NCBI GenBank assembly: GCA_048128005.1
Contig: JBEUKZ010000071.1
Location: 124,001-188,000, forward strand
Reading direction: 5' to 3'
Source of the DNA: Veleropilina oligotropha
Lineage: Eukaryota
Length of the DNA: 64,000 nt
Shown here one piece after another: positions 10,509 to 24,879 of the stretch. Position 1 is the stretch's first letter, and each line of letters begins with the position of its first letter. The translations under genes were made by a program, and so were the position numbers. The notes under the pieces are model-generated. The model was not told where the DNA came from and searched no databases. It saw only the letters and a list, made by a program, of their open reading frames with translations.

Positions 10509-13500
10509 ATTAGCAATATACTCTACTTCATTACCAATGCCATAATAGCCATATTATCGCTAAGCCGGAAACTGTGAAAAGCGTTTCACTTTCTTAATAT
10601 TTGTACACACGCTTACCTCCCCTGCTCACCCTCCTCAACGATCCTCCTACGAGACCATCTCAAGTCTCGCGAGATCTCAGAGACCAAGGCCGAGCATGCC
10701 AATTTTAAGTCATCCGTCAATCAGTCCGGACGTGCTTGAGTTGTTGTCTAAAATAAAAGACGATATTTGCTTTAAAGTGTACCTTTAAAGAGTTTCTTTC
10801 GCACAATATTGTGCCGATTATATTATATAATCTGTGGAAACACACTAACTGTGATTAGGAGTACTATTCGAAGCCGGATTATCAAATTTAAAGAATTGTG
10901 GTTCTGGCCACGAGTTTTTCGGCCGCCATCTTGGACTTGCAAGTGAAAAAAGTATCTAAAGAGGGTCGCTCAGGGAGGAAAAGTTTCGTGTATCCGAACC
11001 TTTCAAAGGAAGAAGTGTTTTGATCTAATATTGCTTGATATTACTGTGTAATTCATATATATAATTATATATTAGATAATTCCTTAGCGGCATATCTTGC
11101 TTAAATTCTTAGTAACTTTGTTCAATCTAATTTAGCGTCGCTAACAAGGCAGATATTTAGGTATTAACGTGCGTTATTTGGTATATCTGCCTAATCTGGG
11201 ATATTTCGCCAAAGTTCTAACCTATTGAAATCAACATCCACGAGGTTTTCAGGTGTTTTAAGGTGGCTGTTATCTATATATAGCCTCTATCTATATATAG
11301 CCTCCTGCATTCAATTTGTTAGTTTCCGACAAGCCGTTTTAATAAAGCTTATACGTCGGAATTGGTTTCAATTCTAGTCGGGATACTTGTTCTGTAACTA
11401 GGGTTGCCGAGCAACTCTAAGCGTAATTAATAACAAGTCACAGGTTGATATCCGGTCTTATCCTTATACTTCGGATTAGAGACCCCTATACAATTTAAGG
11501 TGTAGTAGTTTATATCACGTGAAGCGTACTACCCGGATATCCCTTAAATATCCTGTTTCCTACTACCTATCCTACCCGTGTGATCAGGGCGTGATCCGTG
11601 AACCTCGCAGACGTCCCACATTCAGGAGGTAAGAGTAGCCTGAGTGCTGTCCGACTCTCCTCGAACCATGGGTCAAGTAGCTGCATCCAGCAGTACCTTG
11701 TCAGCGAATGGCTGAACACGGCAGGTGGTCCCCTTCCTCTCTTCCGGCCTTGGAAGAGCAGGGGCTAGTCCTGCAAGAAGCTCTATGTCAAGCGGCATAC
11801 AGCAGACGGCAGAGAAAGCTGGTATAGTCGCCGGACACCACCAAGGTGGTTTAAGATCCGTACCCCCAGCGAAGCCCGACTCATTGACCGATGGTGTGAC
11901 CGACCCTCTCCAGGGTTCGTCCTTACACCTCGGAGCTCACAGTCTTGTCGGAGGGCCCGTCAACACCCCTTGGGTTCAGACTAGTTGGCGCGGACGTAGC
12001 GGCTGCGTTCGGGATGCGCACGCACGTGGGAGTTTCCCCCGTCTACCCACCGAACAGAACGACGACCTTCACGGGACTGTGGCCTCAGTCTTTTGGAGGT
12101 CGAGCTCCGGTTAACTCGCCTCTTGGCCACAGTTCTCCGGTAGCAACCGCTCGACAGGCGATGCGAGACCCTGGTTCTCGTATCAACCTGGCCCAGCAGC
12201 CTGTCTACCATGTGCCACGGTAACCTCGAGCGATCCACTGGCTGTTGGATCGACACCCGTCATGCCTGCTGGTCTCTCTCTGGAGAGCGTCCAGGCAATG
12301 ATTGCTGCGGAATTAGAGGCCTGCAGTATGGCCTGGCTCCCCGGCTGCTCAGCCGCCCCAGGTCCCTGCTCCTCTGCCCGTGGCGCAGACCACGGCTCCT
12401 GCCTCGGGGATGGAGGTCGACCCTCGTTCCGATGAGGACGTCCCCTCAGATCGTTCCGATCTCCTTGAATCGTTCGGTCCCGATGACTCTCATAGTCAAT
12501 CAGGCATGCAGGAGCCGAACTCCACCACCCGCCGAGGATACGACGCAGTCGCGTCGCTTCGCGGTGTGTTAGATCTACCCGGCCTGGCCGGTAGGTACGG
12601 TCAAACACAGGACGGCAGCACACTGTTTTGCCGAGTCGGAAGGTTCCCTGCTTCCTGTACTCCCCCAGTCTGGCTTGGTGGATGTGGTCCTTGATCAGAC
12701 CACCCCATTCAGGGAGGCAAAATAGTGGAAATTTCATCTCTCACAGAGTTCCCTCGGGGCCTCCGTAGAGAAAGATACCTCAGGCCCAGTAAGCGATGTT
12801 TAACGTTTACCGATCACCTTTTCTGAGCCGTGCCTGGTGGCTGAACCGGCACAGATTGACATAGCGATGCGTCGTCTGTCCGCCAGCCAATCTCCCTCGG
12901 TAGCGAAGGTACCATGGGCCGCCATGGATGCCTTCGAGAGCTCTGCCCGACGGGCTCTGCAGCTGTCTTCCGTACAGGACTCGTTCCTAGATGGTGCGAT
13001 AGCCGTTCTACAGGAGGACGGACCCGGCGCTCGCTAGACCGCCCTGTCTTTCTTCCACAAGGTTGCCACTGCCACGGAGAGCAACACGTTGGAGTCCGCG
13101 TGTGCCCTAGGCAACACGCTCCTACTTCGTATGGACGCCAGCCTCGAGGGCACATCGTTAGACGACGCCACCCGGCGTTCTCTGTGATGTGTGCCCTTGT
13201 CGGCCCCGACTCTTCGGAGGCGAGTTCGCTGAATTCGTCGACAAGAGAGCCACTGAGCTGAAGGATCGCACGATTGAGCGAGCAGTGTTGACCACCCCTC
13301 GGGGGTCCTCCTCCTGCCCCCTCAAGGAGGCCCTCGGCTCCGGCCCCGAAACCTTCCAAGCATGCCAAACCTTCTCGAGGTGGGCCTCCGGCCCGGAAAT
13401 CCAACGAGAAGAAAGGCCCTCCAACCAGATCCCATCAGAGCGGGAGGGGAAAACCGTCACGGCCCTAGGGTTGCCGACACTTGCGACATGCACAGCTGCA

Positions 13501-16500
13501 CACTTCCGACGGTGGGAGAGTGTCTGTTAGCCTACGGCCAGACGTGGTTGGAGCTGACAGACAGCAGCTGGGTCCACTCAGTCGTGAGTGCTGGATAAAG
13601 TTGGCATTCAACCGGCATCCAACCCTAACCGCCATCCAACCCTAACCGCCATCCAACCCAACCCTGCGGGACTTACTCCTGATAGGAGCCAATTATCCTG
13701 CGCCGCCCAGCACACCAGGATTCTACAGATATTTCTTCCTGGTCCCGAACCCCAATGGCCACTGGAGACCGATCCTCGATCTCTCGCACCTCAGCCGCTA
13801 TTGCGTACCGAGAAGTTCCGGCAAGAAACACTCTCGAAGATACGAGCGACTGGGCAGCGTCTATCGACCTGACGATGCATACTTGTTCCGATGCACGCCT
13901 CGGCTCATCAGTACCTCAGGATTTTGCACGGGGAGACGATCTACCAAGTAGGTGTCTACCGTACGGTCTATCGTCAGCCCCCTATGTCTTCACGAGAACA
14001 GTACAGGCCCTCGGGACCTTCCTACATTCTCTAGGGCACAGGGTACATAATTATGTACCTTGACGACTGGCTGATCCTCGGGGCTTCCCGGGATCTGTGC
14101 CTCCGGTCTACAAGCTTTACCCTGTCATCGGCGAAGCGCCTCGGATTTCAGATTAACGAGACCAAATCCTGCTTCGTGCCCTCGACGACGTTTACGTTTC
14201 TCGGAGTCGTCTTCGACACGGTCCAGTACACCGCGAAGCCGACCGGAAAACGTATCGAGAACCTACGCACAGTTATCCAGGACACGAGGTCATCGGGGAT
14301 AGCCACGGCGCGACAACTGGCCACTGTCTTAGGGCACATCGAGTTGGTAGCACCCCTTATACCGACGGGATGGACAAACAACCATTACAGCAGGCGTTTA
14401 GAGACCGCTGGGTGCAACGGACAGGACAGTGGACGGATTGTATCGATCTTCGGCATTGGTTCAATCACTCGACAGCAGGGTGGCTGAACCTACTTTGCCA
14501 AGCCAGTCTGTTCCCATATCTCCGCGAGAGCCGAATTCCTTCCTATACACGGACGCTTCGAACGTGGGCTGGGATGGTCACCTCAACAGTTACGAGACAT
14601 CGGGCCTATGGCCGACGGACTTGCAGGGACGACACATAAACTACCTAGAGTTAGAAACGCTCTACCTGACATACGGTCCCTCTCGTCACATCTCCGCTAC
14701 AAGCATATAATGCTCGCTACGGACAACACGACGGTCGTTGCATACGTTCAACACCAGGGCAGCATTCGCTCGCGTCCCCTGTGCGACCGGGCTATCAACC
14801 TACATCGCCTAGTGATGTCCCTCAACTCGACGATACGAGCACGACACATCCTGGGAAAATTGAACGTCCGAGCGGACTCGCTCTCTCGGAAATCGCAGAT
14901 TGTACACAGAGTGGACGCTACAGACCAGGTAGCTCGGGAAGCTTGTCGCCATTGGTCACAACCCCAAGTCGATCTGTTCGCAACAGAATTCATTCACCGA
15001 CTCCCTCTGTATGTCTCCCCGGACGCCATAGCGGTCGACGCGCTGTCAATGACATGGGAGAATCTGATCGCTTACGCCTTTCCCTCCGCCGTGCATACTA
15101 TGGCTTGTTCTACAGAAGGCATCGAGAGATCGCTGTGAGATCACGTTAATAGCGCCTCTAATCGCACGCAGTCTTGGTTTCTGACTCTTCTCGGTCTTAT
15201 CGTTTATCTACTGCTAGCGCGACCGCAGAGACCGGACCTGTCAATGCAACTGCGCTCAAGGGTGTTACACCCGTCGTCGAATGTACTTCGTTTACACGCT
15301 TGGCGGTTTATCGAACGATCGCTTGTTGAGAAAGGATTTCTTGCGCCGCATTAACCGATCGCGAAGACAATCTACATCTAAAGTCTACGACTACCAATGG
15401 TTAAAATTTGCGGGTTTGTATCACAGGTGGGAAGTGAATATTATTCACCGTTCCCCTGTGAGCAAGTTTATCGAGTTTATTACGTCGTTATTCGAACGAG
15501 ACTGTCAGTCTTGGCCGTCAAAGGTTATCGGGCCTCGATCTCGACTACGCACAAAGAAATGTCGCTCCCGAATTGGCTTTTCGTCGGCCATACTATTTCT
15601 GACTTCATAAAGTCTTACGAACCCGAAAAACTGATTAGCATGCCGCGGCCTGCTTGGAATATCGTCCTTATCCTTAACGCTCTGCTAGAACGCCCGTTCA
15701 AGCCGTTATGTATTACTGTTTCCTTACGTAACCTTACCTACAAACTGTGTACTTCATTGTGTTTGCGTCGGGCAAATGGCTTCTAGAGATACACAACTTC
15801 TTCGCAGAGCTCCGGAACATTAGATTCCAGTCCAAAGATCGGTCATTTTCGGCCAGCATTTGGATTTCTTGCTAAGAACCAGCGGCCGTACGATATTGCT
15901 CCGGAGGTCGTTTACCGCAGCTATCCCTCGTCGGTAGAAACGATATCGACCGTCCTATCTGCCCGGTACGTACGCTTCGATATTACCTGGACCGTACACG
16001 TGATTACGACAAGGCAAAAAATGCTTGTTTATTCTTATTTGCCAAATTTCACCCGCGATGTATCTAAGAATACGATCTCGAGATGTATTTGTCACACGGT
16101 CCAGGGGGTATACTCCCTATCCACGAAGCTGACCGCAACCTGATTGCTGTTCATGCCCATGAAATAGAGTGATATCGACCAGTCTGGAGAAACCCGAATG
16201 TCTTCGTAATGCATTATTTATGCGAAATCTTGACTGGAGCGGACGGGTTGTCCATTACCCAATGTGCTGCAATGCACCACTGCGTTTACAGGACAACTAT
16301 GTCAAATCGGCAGTGGCAGGTATTGTAAATCCTTAATTGGTAATTATACCGTTCACTATGCATTATGTGCAACTCTATTGTGAAGCTTTGCTTGGAACTT
16401 AGTGTTGATTTCAGTGTGTTGTCTACAGTTCCAAAATTCTATTTATGGACAGAATAAATTGTCATATCTGAGTTCACATGACACATGCCAACTCACATTG

Positions 16501-17504
16501 AATTTAAACATTTATAATGCTAAGTCTTAAATTGTTTTTTAGATTTTGATATTATTGAAGTTCATTTGCTGTTATGAGCTTACGGTGTTGCGACATTGAA
16601 AAAATTTAATATCATTCAATCTTTAAATTTTCTTTAAGTAACATGGCGACATGTTTGCATTTCGCTATTTGGTCAAGCGAATTTGTTATTAATATGGAAT
16701 ATGATATATTGTATATATTACTTATATCTATTAATAATTGCATAACTAATTACATTCACAACCTTTTTAGGTGCTGTATGTTTGTCGCAAGTTGACTGCA
16801 TCTTTTGGTTACCAGCCTCGACGCCCAGGGTTTACTGAAAGCTGCTTCGGTCCATGACATCTAAGTCCTACAGGATTTATCCTCCGGCCTTGCCTGGGGC
16901 TGATTGCACTTTCACGTCACCTTGCCCGACTAACACTTCTGCTGTTTTTTCACAGGTTCATTGGTCAAAATTCAGTCGGAGGTAAGGCTAGAATTATAAT
17001 ACTCAGTAATTCCATCCTGAGCGGACGCGATTCGGCACTACAAGCTGACTCCATGGTGACAAGTAAGTAACTTGTTTGGGTATTAATTTCTTTAGAACTT
17101 AGCCCACCTTCAAGTTGATTCTGGCATTGGTAATGACATAGAGTATATTGCTACTAATAAGGTTTTCAAGTAAACCTAGTTTTAGTTAGCATATACTTAC
17201 GTCATTACACGTCTACCCACCCTGCTCATTACATTCCCTTCCAACCCCTCTTGCTAAGTTCCTCTATGCACTGTAGATTGCTCTGACTTAAAATTGGCAT
17301 GCTCGGCCTTGGTCTCTCGCGAGACTTGGGCAGGTCTCGTGGGAGGAACGTTGAGAAGGGTGAGCAGGGGAGGTAAGCGTGTGTAAAAATATTAAGAAAG
17401 TGAAGCGCTTTTCACAGTTTCCGGTTTATCGATAATATGGCTATTAAGGCATTGGTAATGACGTAAATATATTCTAACTAATACTAGGTTTACATGAAAA
17501 CCTT
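10509..17504 (+). mobile_element. Degenerate DIRS1-type element related to the first
   Basis: ITRs ~10510-10712 and ~17284-17470, ICR ~17122-17208. Frameshifted gag, RT (YLDDWL at ~14056), RNase H and YR fragments similar to the intact copy. Confidence 0.9.
13500..16300 (+). pseudogene. Frameshifted RT/RNaseH/MT/YR of the second DIRS
   Basis: Fragmented ORFs 13755-14063, 14053-14487, 14429-14710, 14608-15138, 15281-15786 each match parts of the intact ORFs. Confidence 0.88.
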
Positions 17505-17645
17505 CTTGTTTGATGAGAGCTTTAACAATGAACATTGAAATTAGCGTGCCTGATATATTTAAAGGGAGATAAGTAATGACATGAATGACAATCAAATGAT
17601 ATCAAATTAATTCTCAATTGTAAATTGTGCTGCTGAATTATTACC

Positions 17646-17845
17646 AGGTTCGGTATAGGTTATACAGGTTCGGTATAGGTTATACAGGTTCGGTATAGGT
17701 TATACAGGTTCGGTATAGGTTATACAGGTTCGGTATAGGTTATACAGGTTCGGTATAGGTTATACAGGTTCGGTATAGGTTATACAGGTTCGGTATAGGT
17801 TATACAGGTTCGGTATAGGTTATACAGGTTCGGTATAGGTTATAC
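17646..17845. repeat. 20-bp minisatellite (caggttcggtataggttata)n
   Basis: About 10 perfect copies. Confidence 0.95.
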
Positions 17846-18239
17846 CAAGAGGTTTTGTTGTTTAATAGGAAAATCCCTCATTTAAACCATGATGCGTGTA
17901 ATGCCAAGTTGTTTTAACTCCTGCTTCTACGATTAGACAACCAAACCTCCTGGTATAACGAGCTGTTTAATAATTTATAATGATGTAATAATGATTTTTA
18001 TATAATTATTGGCATTGATTTCTATTTGCTCTATTAGCCTTGCACTGTATTTTGTCGATTATGTTCCTTTCCAATACGGCAGAGAAGTCCTATTATCCGT
18101 ACATTTTTATGTCGTGACCATTTTGTAAAAAAGGAGACGACATTATTAAATGGTCCGTGTGTATATATATACATAGATATACTGTATATATCCCCAGATT
18201 TATGGAAAACTACCACCTCAATTTTTGCCAAAATTGGTA

Positions 18240-18804
18240 CAGCAGCAGTCCCATTATCCGAACCCCTTTTATCCGATCCTTTCTGTTGTCCGATCCTTTC
18301 TGTTATCCGAACTAACTTCATGTCCCCCCCAAAATATTTGCTTTTGGACAAAATGACGGCTGACTATGATATTCTTCTGTAGGTTTTAAAATACCAACAA
18401 TCATTTTCACGTTTGTGGCGGGTCGTGTTTTGTAGTTAAATGTACTATACTAAAAAATATTATTTTCGCTAGCTTCATTCAGTGTTTTAATAACAATAAA
18501 GATAGTTGATTAAAATTACCGTGTCTGTCATAATCCCTGATTAAGGTGGTCGCAAATCACTTAAGTTCACTACTCACTTGAATTGTTGACGGATTATTGC
18601 TTGAATCCGATTTTTTTTTTCCTTTCACAGTATGTTGAATTATACAATACTGATCGAATCTGCCGCATTCATACAAACAACTCAGTTAATTTTCAAAAGG
18701 TACGTTGAAGCCCCCATACACATACACTTTCGCTTATCCGAACTTTCGATTATCCGAATTATTTGCTTGTCTCCGAACTAGTTCGGATAATGGGGCTTCT
18801 GCTG
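18240..18804. mobile_element. Putative MITE
   Basis: Imperfect TIRs cagcagtcccattatccgaac / gttcggataatggggcttctgctg; no ORF. Confidence 0.5.
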
Positions 18805-19416
18805 TATATACATTCCCACAACTTTTTGTAGGTTGTGTATATAACTTTCATGACAAAATTTCGTAAATTTTGATTTTAACAGGAATTTTAATGCATAATT
18901 TCTATATAATCAGTACAAACAATTTCCATGACGTCAGTTTGTTGCAGGTTTTGATGTCATTTTCCATTGAACGTCATTCAAGTGTGACGTCATATTTCGT
19001 ATCCACAGCTAAGAGAAAATCAACCATTCATAATATTGGCAATTAAACAAATACTATTAGGCCATTATCATAAAATATTGTTAGAATGCGTAATAATTTT
19101 AAAATAATGTAAACTAATATATTATATAACTGTTAAACTGGCGGCACTAACAGACAAAGGTCACGACATATTCCGAACGCGTTGTTCTTGTTGTTATCTG
19201 AATTAGCTTCATGTTCCCCCCAAAAATACCAAACATTTGCAATTGGCAATCCAAACTAGTTGGGATAATAATAGGGCTGCTGGTGTAGATATGTGAATAT
19301 GGATAATAGGGCTGCTGGTGTAGATATGTGAATATGCAAACAATATTTGTCACTTTACTCCTCATAAGTTATTATTTAGCATGCAACAAATACCTGCATT
19401 GAACATGTGGGCATAC

Positions 19417-20732
19417 TATGGCAAGCCGTTTTAGCATTTATTATTTATTTCACATATGTGAAATTCTTTTTCACATATGTAGAATTCTTTTTCACATATG
19501 TAGAATTCTTTTTCACATATGTGTAATTCTTTTTCACATATGTGAAATAACCATTTATTTGACATATGTGTAAATCTTTTTCACATATGTGAAATAGTTT
19601 TACACATATGTGAAAAAAACTTTATTTAACATACCGGTATGTGCAATTCTTTTCAACATCAAAGGCCGCTTCGGCAGCGCAGTGGGTAGAGTGTCCACTC
19701 TAACTTCACTGGCTTGATTCTGCTAAGGCGAACAGTAGTGGGTTCAATACCTGGCTGAGGCATTGAAATTTGTTCAAGTTATGAATCACAGTTGTCCGTG
19801 ACTGGCCGAAGAGGGCAGGTTTACCCGGGCGACCGGGGTTTCCTCCCGCGATAACACGGACATGTCCTGCCTTGAACCTCGATGTTGTAAATATACAGGA
19901 CATTAAGCATCATTCATCCTTCATCCATCTTTTCAACATATGTAAAATTCATTTTCACATATGTGAAAAAGAATTCTACATATGTTAAAAAAATATTTAT
20001 TTTACATATGTGTAATTCTTTTTCACATATGTGAAATAAACAGATGTTTCCGAATTTGGAAGAAAATGAGGGATCCCGGATCTCGCGAGACAGGCATGCA
20101 CCACTTTCACTGAAATTGATTACGGCAACGTGGCGGCTGGAGTTGATAAAGTTTTATTATTAATTTAAGAGCAATTTCTCAGTGTGTTAGATAAGTCGGG
20201 AGAAATCTGGTTCGCTGTCCAAACCACAGGCTTTTCCTTTTGCATCCAACGCTTCCTATCTTGTCCATTTCAAACGTACATGGGAGTAATCATTGTATTC
20301 TCGTGGTGGTCATCTATATGGACAACTATTTCACATATGTGAAATTCTATTATACATATGTATAATGATTCCTTTATTTGACATATGTGTAAAAGAATTC
20401 TACATATGTGAAAAATAATTTACATATGTGAAAAAGAATTTCACATATGTATAAAAGATTTAAACATATGTTAAATAACTATTTATTTGACATGTGTAAT
20501 TCTTTTTCACATATGTAAAATTCTTTTTCACATATGTAGAATTCTTTTTCACATATGTGAAATAAAGAGATCATTATACATATGTGTAATAGAATTTCAC
20601 ATATGTGAAAATGAATTATACATATGTGAAAATCATTTTCACATATGTTAAATAAATGGCATCCTTTTCACATATGTGCAATTAATTCCACATATGTGTA
20701 ATAAATAATAAATGCTAAAACGGCTTGCCATA
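19417..20732. mobile_element. Non-autonomous DNA transposon (MITE) with internal cacatatgtg subrepeats
   Basis: ~30-bp TIRs tatggcaagccgttttagcatttattattt / aaataataaatgctaaaacggcttgccata; many palindromic ttcacatatgtgaa units. Confidence 0.75.
19661..19927 (+). mobile_element. tRNA-derived SINE nested in the MITE
   Basis: A-box-like cagcgcagtgg, B-box-like gggttcaatacc, (catc/catt) tail, flanking direct repeat tcttttcaacat; near-identical inverted copy at 40996-41256. Confidence 0.8.
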
Positions 20733-21399
20733 GTGGGCAGTAATGTACTGTACATTTATATGAAATTATGCAGTTACTGATTATATTAATAATGTAAGTG
20801 GACATGGGTGTGATGGGTTTAAAATGATAAATTTACTGCTATTTTGTTGACGCACACTCTATTTCATTAACCACAAGGCATTTTTATAGCTCTTTCTTGT
20901 ATAATTGCTGACTTATTTAAATAGACTATTGCCCGTAAATGCACTCTTTTTTCTTTCAAAAGCAAACTACCGTAACCGCATTACACTTTTTGTTTATACC
21001 ATAAACCATAAGTTAGGAATTTTCAACACAACTTTCGTCAGTAATTTGCTACCGTTTAAATTAATCACTACTGAATATTTAAAAATAATGAAACGCGGTC
21101 CGCTTTTAATTACCTCGCACCGAGTAACATTTCCTATTGACCTAGTTGGAGCACATTTGTGTAGGTTTCTGCTCGTCAAGTAAGATAGTTTTCTACTTGA
21201 CAATAATATATATTGCCCATGCAGTTACAATAATAATTTCAATAAAAGCCTATCATTGGATCATAATTATATCGATTATATCTTTGTGAAATTTGTATCA
21301 ATCTGCGTGAACCGTGCTATATAGGGTGATCAGTCATGGTACACAGTCTCGAAAAGAGCGTATTTACAGGCAGTAGTCACTTTAAAGTCTGCTTTGTTT

Positions 21400-23340
21400 A
21401 CTTTTATACGCCTGCCGAAGGTGGGGTGTATTATGCTATGGCGATGTCTGACCGTCCGCCTCCTTCATTTCCGCACCATATCTCATGAAATATACCATCT
21501 TTTAATATGAAACTTGATGGGTGGGTTCATCATGTGACAAAGAAGAACCTTCATATTTGGCCCGCCTGTTTGGCAGGGCTATATTCGTTGATTGGCGTCC
21601 GTCGGCATCCACTGATCTCTTTCTGTCACATAGAAGACGAACCGCTCGACCGATGCTTTTCATATTTGGTATACACCTTGTATACCATCAGGCCTTGCCT
21701 AAGTTCAAAGATGGGGTCACTTGGTCAATTTAGGTCAAGGTCATTTTCATTTATTTCCGTTCTTGACTTGGAAGATTGCTTTCTGTCACATAGATGTATG
21801 CTTTTCATATTTGGTATACACCTTATATACCATCAGGCCTTGCATAAGTTCAAAGATGGGGTCAAAGGTCAAGGTCATTTTCATGTATTTCCGTTCTTGA
21901 CTTGGAACATGGCTTTCTGTCACATAGAAGATGAACGCCGGACCTACGCTTTTCATATTTGGTATGCACCTTCTGTACCATCTGGCCTTGCCCAAGTTCA
22001 AAGATGGGGTCATTGGGTTAAAGGTCAAGGTCATATGAACTATTGTAAAATATTTACTGTATGACAGTTGCTATGAAATTTATTATAGAGTTATTGATTA
22101 TTTAATTGCTATGGATGGATTATATACAAAAGGTGGGCCCGTATGAGGATCATACCTCTAGTCAACCGTGTTGCTCGATTTGTCAGTGACTTCTGTCCCT
22201 TGTTCGAAAACAACAAGAAATTTCTTGTCCGCACCATATGACTAAGCAAATAAAAATTATTTTTCAATGAAACTTGCTGGATGGTTTAATCATGTGACAA
22301 GGAAGAAGCCTATTCATTTTTGGCCCGCCTGTTAGGCAGAGCTAGAGTCGTCGGCATCCGCTGATCGCTTTCTGTCACATAGAAGATGAACCGCTGTACC
22401 TATGCTTTTCATATTTGGTATACACCGTGTATATCGCCTTGCCTAAGTTCAAAGATAGGGTCATTTGGTCAAACGTCAAGGTCGTTTTCATGTATTTCCA
22501 ATCTGGACCTGGTAGATTTCTTTCTATCAATTAGAAGATGAACCGCTGGACCTATGCTTTTCCTATTTGGTATGCACATTGTGTACTATCAGACCTTTCC
22601 CAAGTTCAAAGATTGGTTTACTGGGTCAAAGGTCAAGGTCATATGAACTATTGTAAGATATATACTTTATAAAAGTTATTATTGAGTTATTGATTATTTA
22701 AATCTCTATGGATGTATTTATATACAAAAGGCGGGCCAGTATGAGGAGCATACCTCGATTCAACCCTGTCCTCGATTTGTCGGTGACTTCTGGCCCATCT
22801 TCGAAAACAAGAAAAAATTCTTGTTGGCATGATAACTAGGCAAATATAAATTATTTTTCAATGAAACTTGCTCGATGGCTTAATCATGTGACCATGTTTG
22901 AAAACAAGAAAAATTTCGTTTCCGCACGATAAAAAACAACAATTTATTTTTCAGTGAAACTTTCCGGAAGGTTTAATGATGTGACAAGGAAGAAGCCTAT
23001 TCATTTTCCTCCATGTTGATCGATTTGTCACTGACTTATGGCCCTTGTTCAAAAAAATAAATTCGTTTCCGCACAATAACTTTAACCTAATATAAATTAT
23101 TTCACAATGAAACTGTCCCGATAGCTTAATCTAATCATGTGTCAAGGAAGAAGCCTATTCGTTTTCATCCTTGTCGCTCGATTTGTCACTGTCTTCTGGC
23201 TCTCGTTCGAAAACAAAGAAATTTCATTTTTGCACGATAACTAAGCATAAATATATTGTTTTTCAATAAAACTTGCTGAATAGGCTTATCATTTGACAAA
23301 GAAGAAGCCTATTGAAACCACTTCGAAATTGCGTGGGTGT
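21400..23340. repeat. Degenerate interspersed repeat with internal duplications (ggtcaaaggtcaaggtca motifs)
   Basis: Blocks recur at 21480-22200 and 22240-22800; no credible ORF. Confidence 0.55.
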
Positions 23341-23854
23341 ATCATTTACGTTACTCTTGTTATTAAGTCTGTTACCATATTTGAATTCAAGAACTTTTTC
23401 ATTTTACAAAAGGAGTTATTGATAAAATCCGTCAATTAAATATTAAGGCAAATAATAATAAAGGAAATCAGGTATAATTAATTAGATTATAAATACATGA
23501 AATAACATGTCTATGCTATGATGCTAGTGTTTTATATTAGCATTATTGTTTAATGAAGTAGTGTTCATAATAAATATATGGTAAACAAGAATTACGGAGA
23601 AAGTTGAAAACCATTGACAATTTGTTATGCTTGTATTGAGCACATGTAATTTGTTATTATAGTTTTATTATTATGTGTGAACCATCTTGTGTGTCCTGTG
23701 TTTTTTATGAGATTTAGAGGCGTATTGAAAAATATAAAATGAATGTAAAACTTGTTGAACTTGTTTCCTTTCTTAATCTTTTACAAATTAAGCTGCAACT
23801 GGAGCAGACTCTGAATTGACTGCTCTGCCTAACAGGATTGGCGTGAATCCTCGA

Positions 23855-24387
23855 CGTTACTCCTCGCTCGGGTAACATTCACAGCATTACTCCTCGCTCG
23901 GGTAGCATTCACAGCGTTACACCTCGCTCGGGTAACATTCACAGCATTACTCCTCGCTCGGGTAGCATTCACAGCGTTACACCTCGCTCGGGTAACATTC
24001 ACAGCGTTACTCCTCGCTCGGGTAGCATTCACAGCATTACACCTCGCTCGGGTAACATTCACAGCGTTACTCCTCGCTCAGGTAACATTCACAGCATTAC
24101 ACCTCGCTCGGGTAACATTCACAGCATTACTCCTCGCTCGGGTAACATTCACAGTGTTACTCCTCGCTCGGGTAACATTCACAGTGTTACTCCTCGCTCG
24201 GGTAACATTCACGGTGTTACTCCTCGCTCGGGTAACATTCACAGTGTTACTCCTCGCTCGGGTAACATTCACAGTGTTACTCCTCGCTTGGGTAACATTC
24301 ACAGCATTACTCCTCGCTCAGGTAACATTCACAATGTTACTCCTCGCTCGGGTAACATTCACAGTGTTACTCCTCGCTCAGGTAACA
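23855..24387. repeat. 30-bp minisatellite (ttactcctcgctcgggtaacattcacagca)n
   Basis: Visible tandem array. Confidence 0.95.
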
Positions 24388-24879
24388 TCGGTCCTGATTA
24401 ATGATGCTGATACCGCATAGGTCCTGATTAATGATGCTGACACCGCATCGGTCCTGATTAATGATGCTCACTGACACCGCATCGGTCCTGATTAATGATG
24501 CCCCATGATACCGCATCGGTCCTGATTAATGATGCTGACACCGCATCGGTCCTGATTAATGCTGATACCGCATCGGTCCTGAATAATGCTGACACCGCAT
24601 CAGTCCTGATTAATGATGCCCCATGATACCGCATCGGTCCTGATTAATGATGCTGACACCGCATCGGTCCTGATTAATGATGCTGACACCGCATCAGTCC
24701 TGATTAATGATGCTGATACTGCATCAGTCCTGATTAATGATGCTGACACCGCATCGGTCCTGATTAATGATGCTGACACCGCATCAGTCCTGATTAATGA
24801 TGCTGATACTGCATCGGTCCTGATTAATGCTGATACCGCATCGGTCCTGATTAATGATGCTGACACCGCATCGGTCCTG
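24386..24879. repeat. ~30-bp minisatellite (catcggtcctgattaatgatgctgacaccg)n
   Basis: Visible tandem array directly abutting the previous one. Confidence 0.95.
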
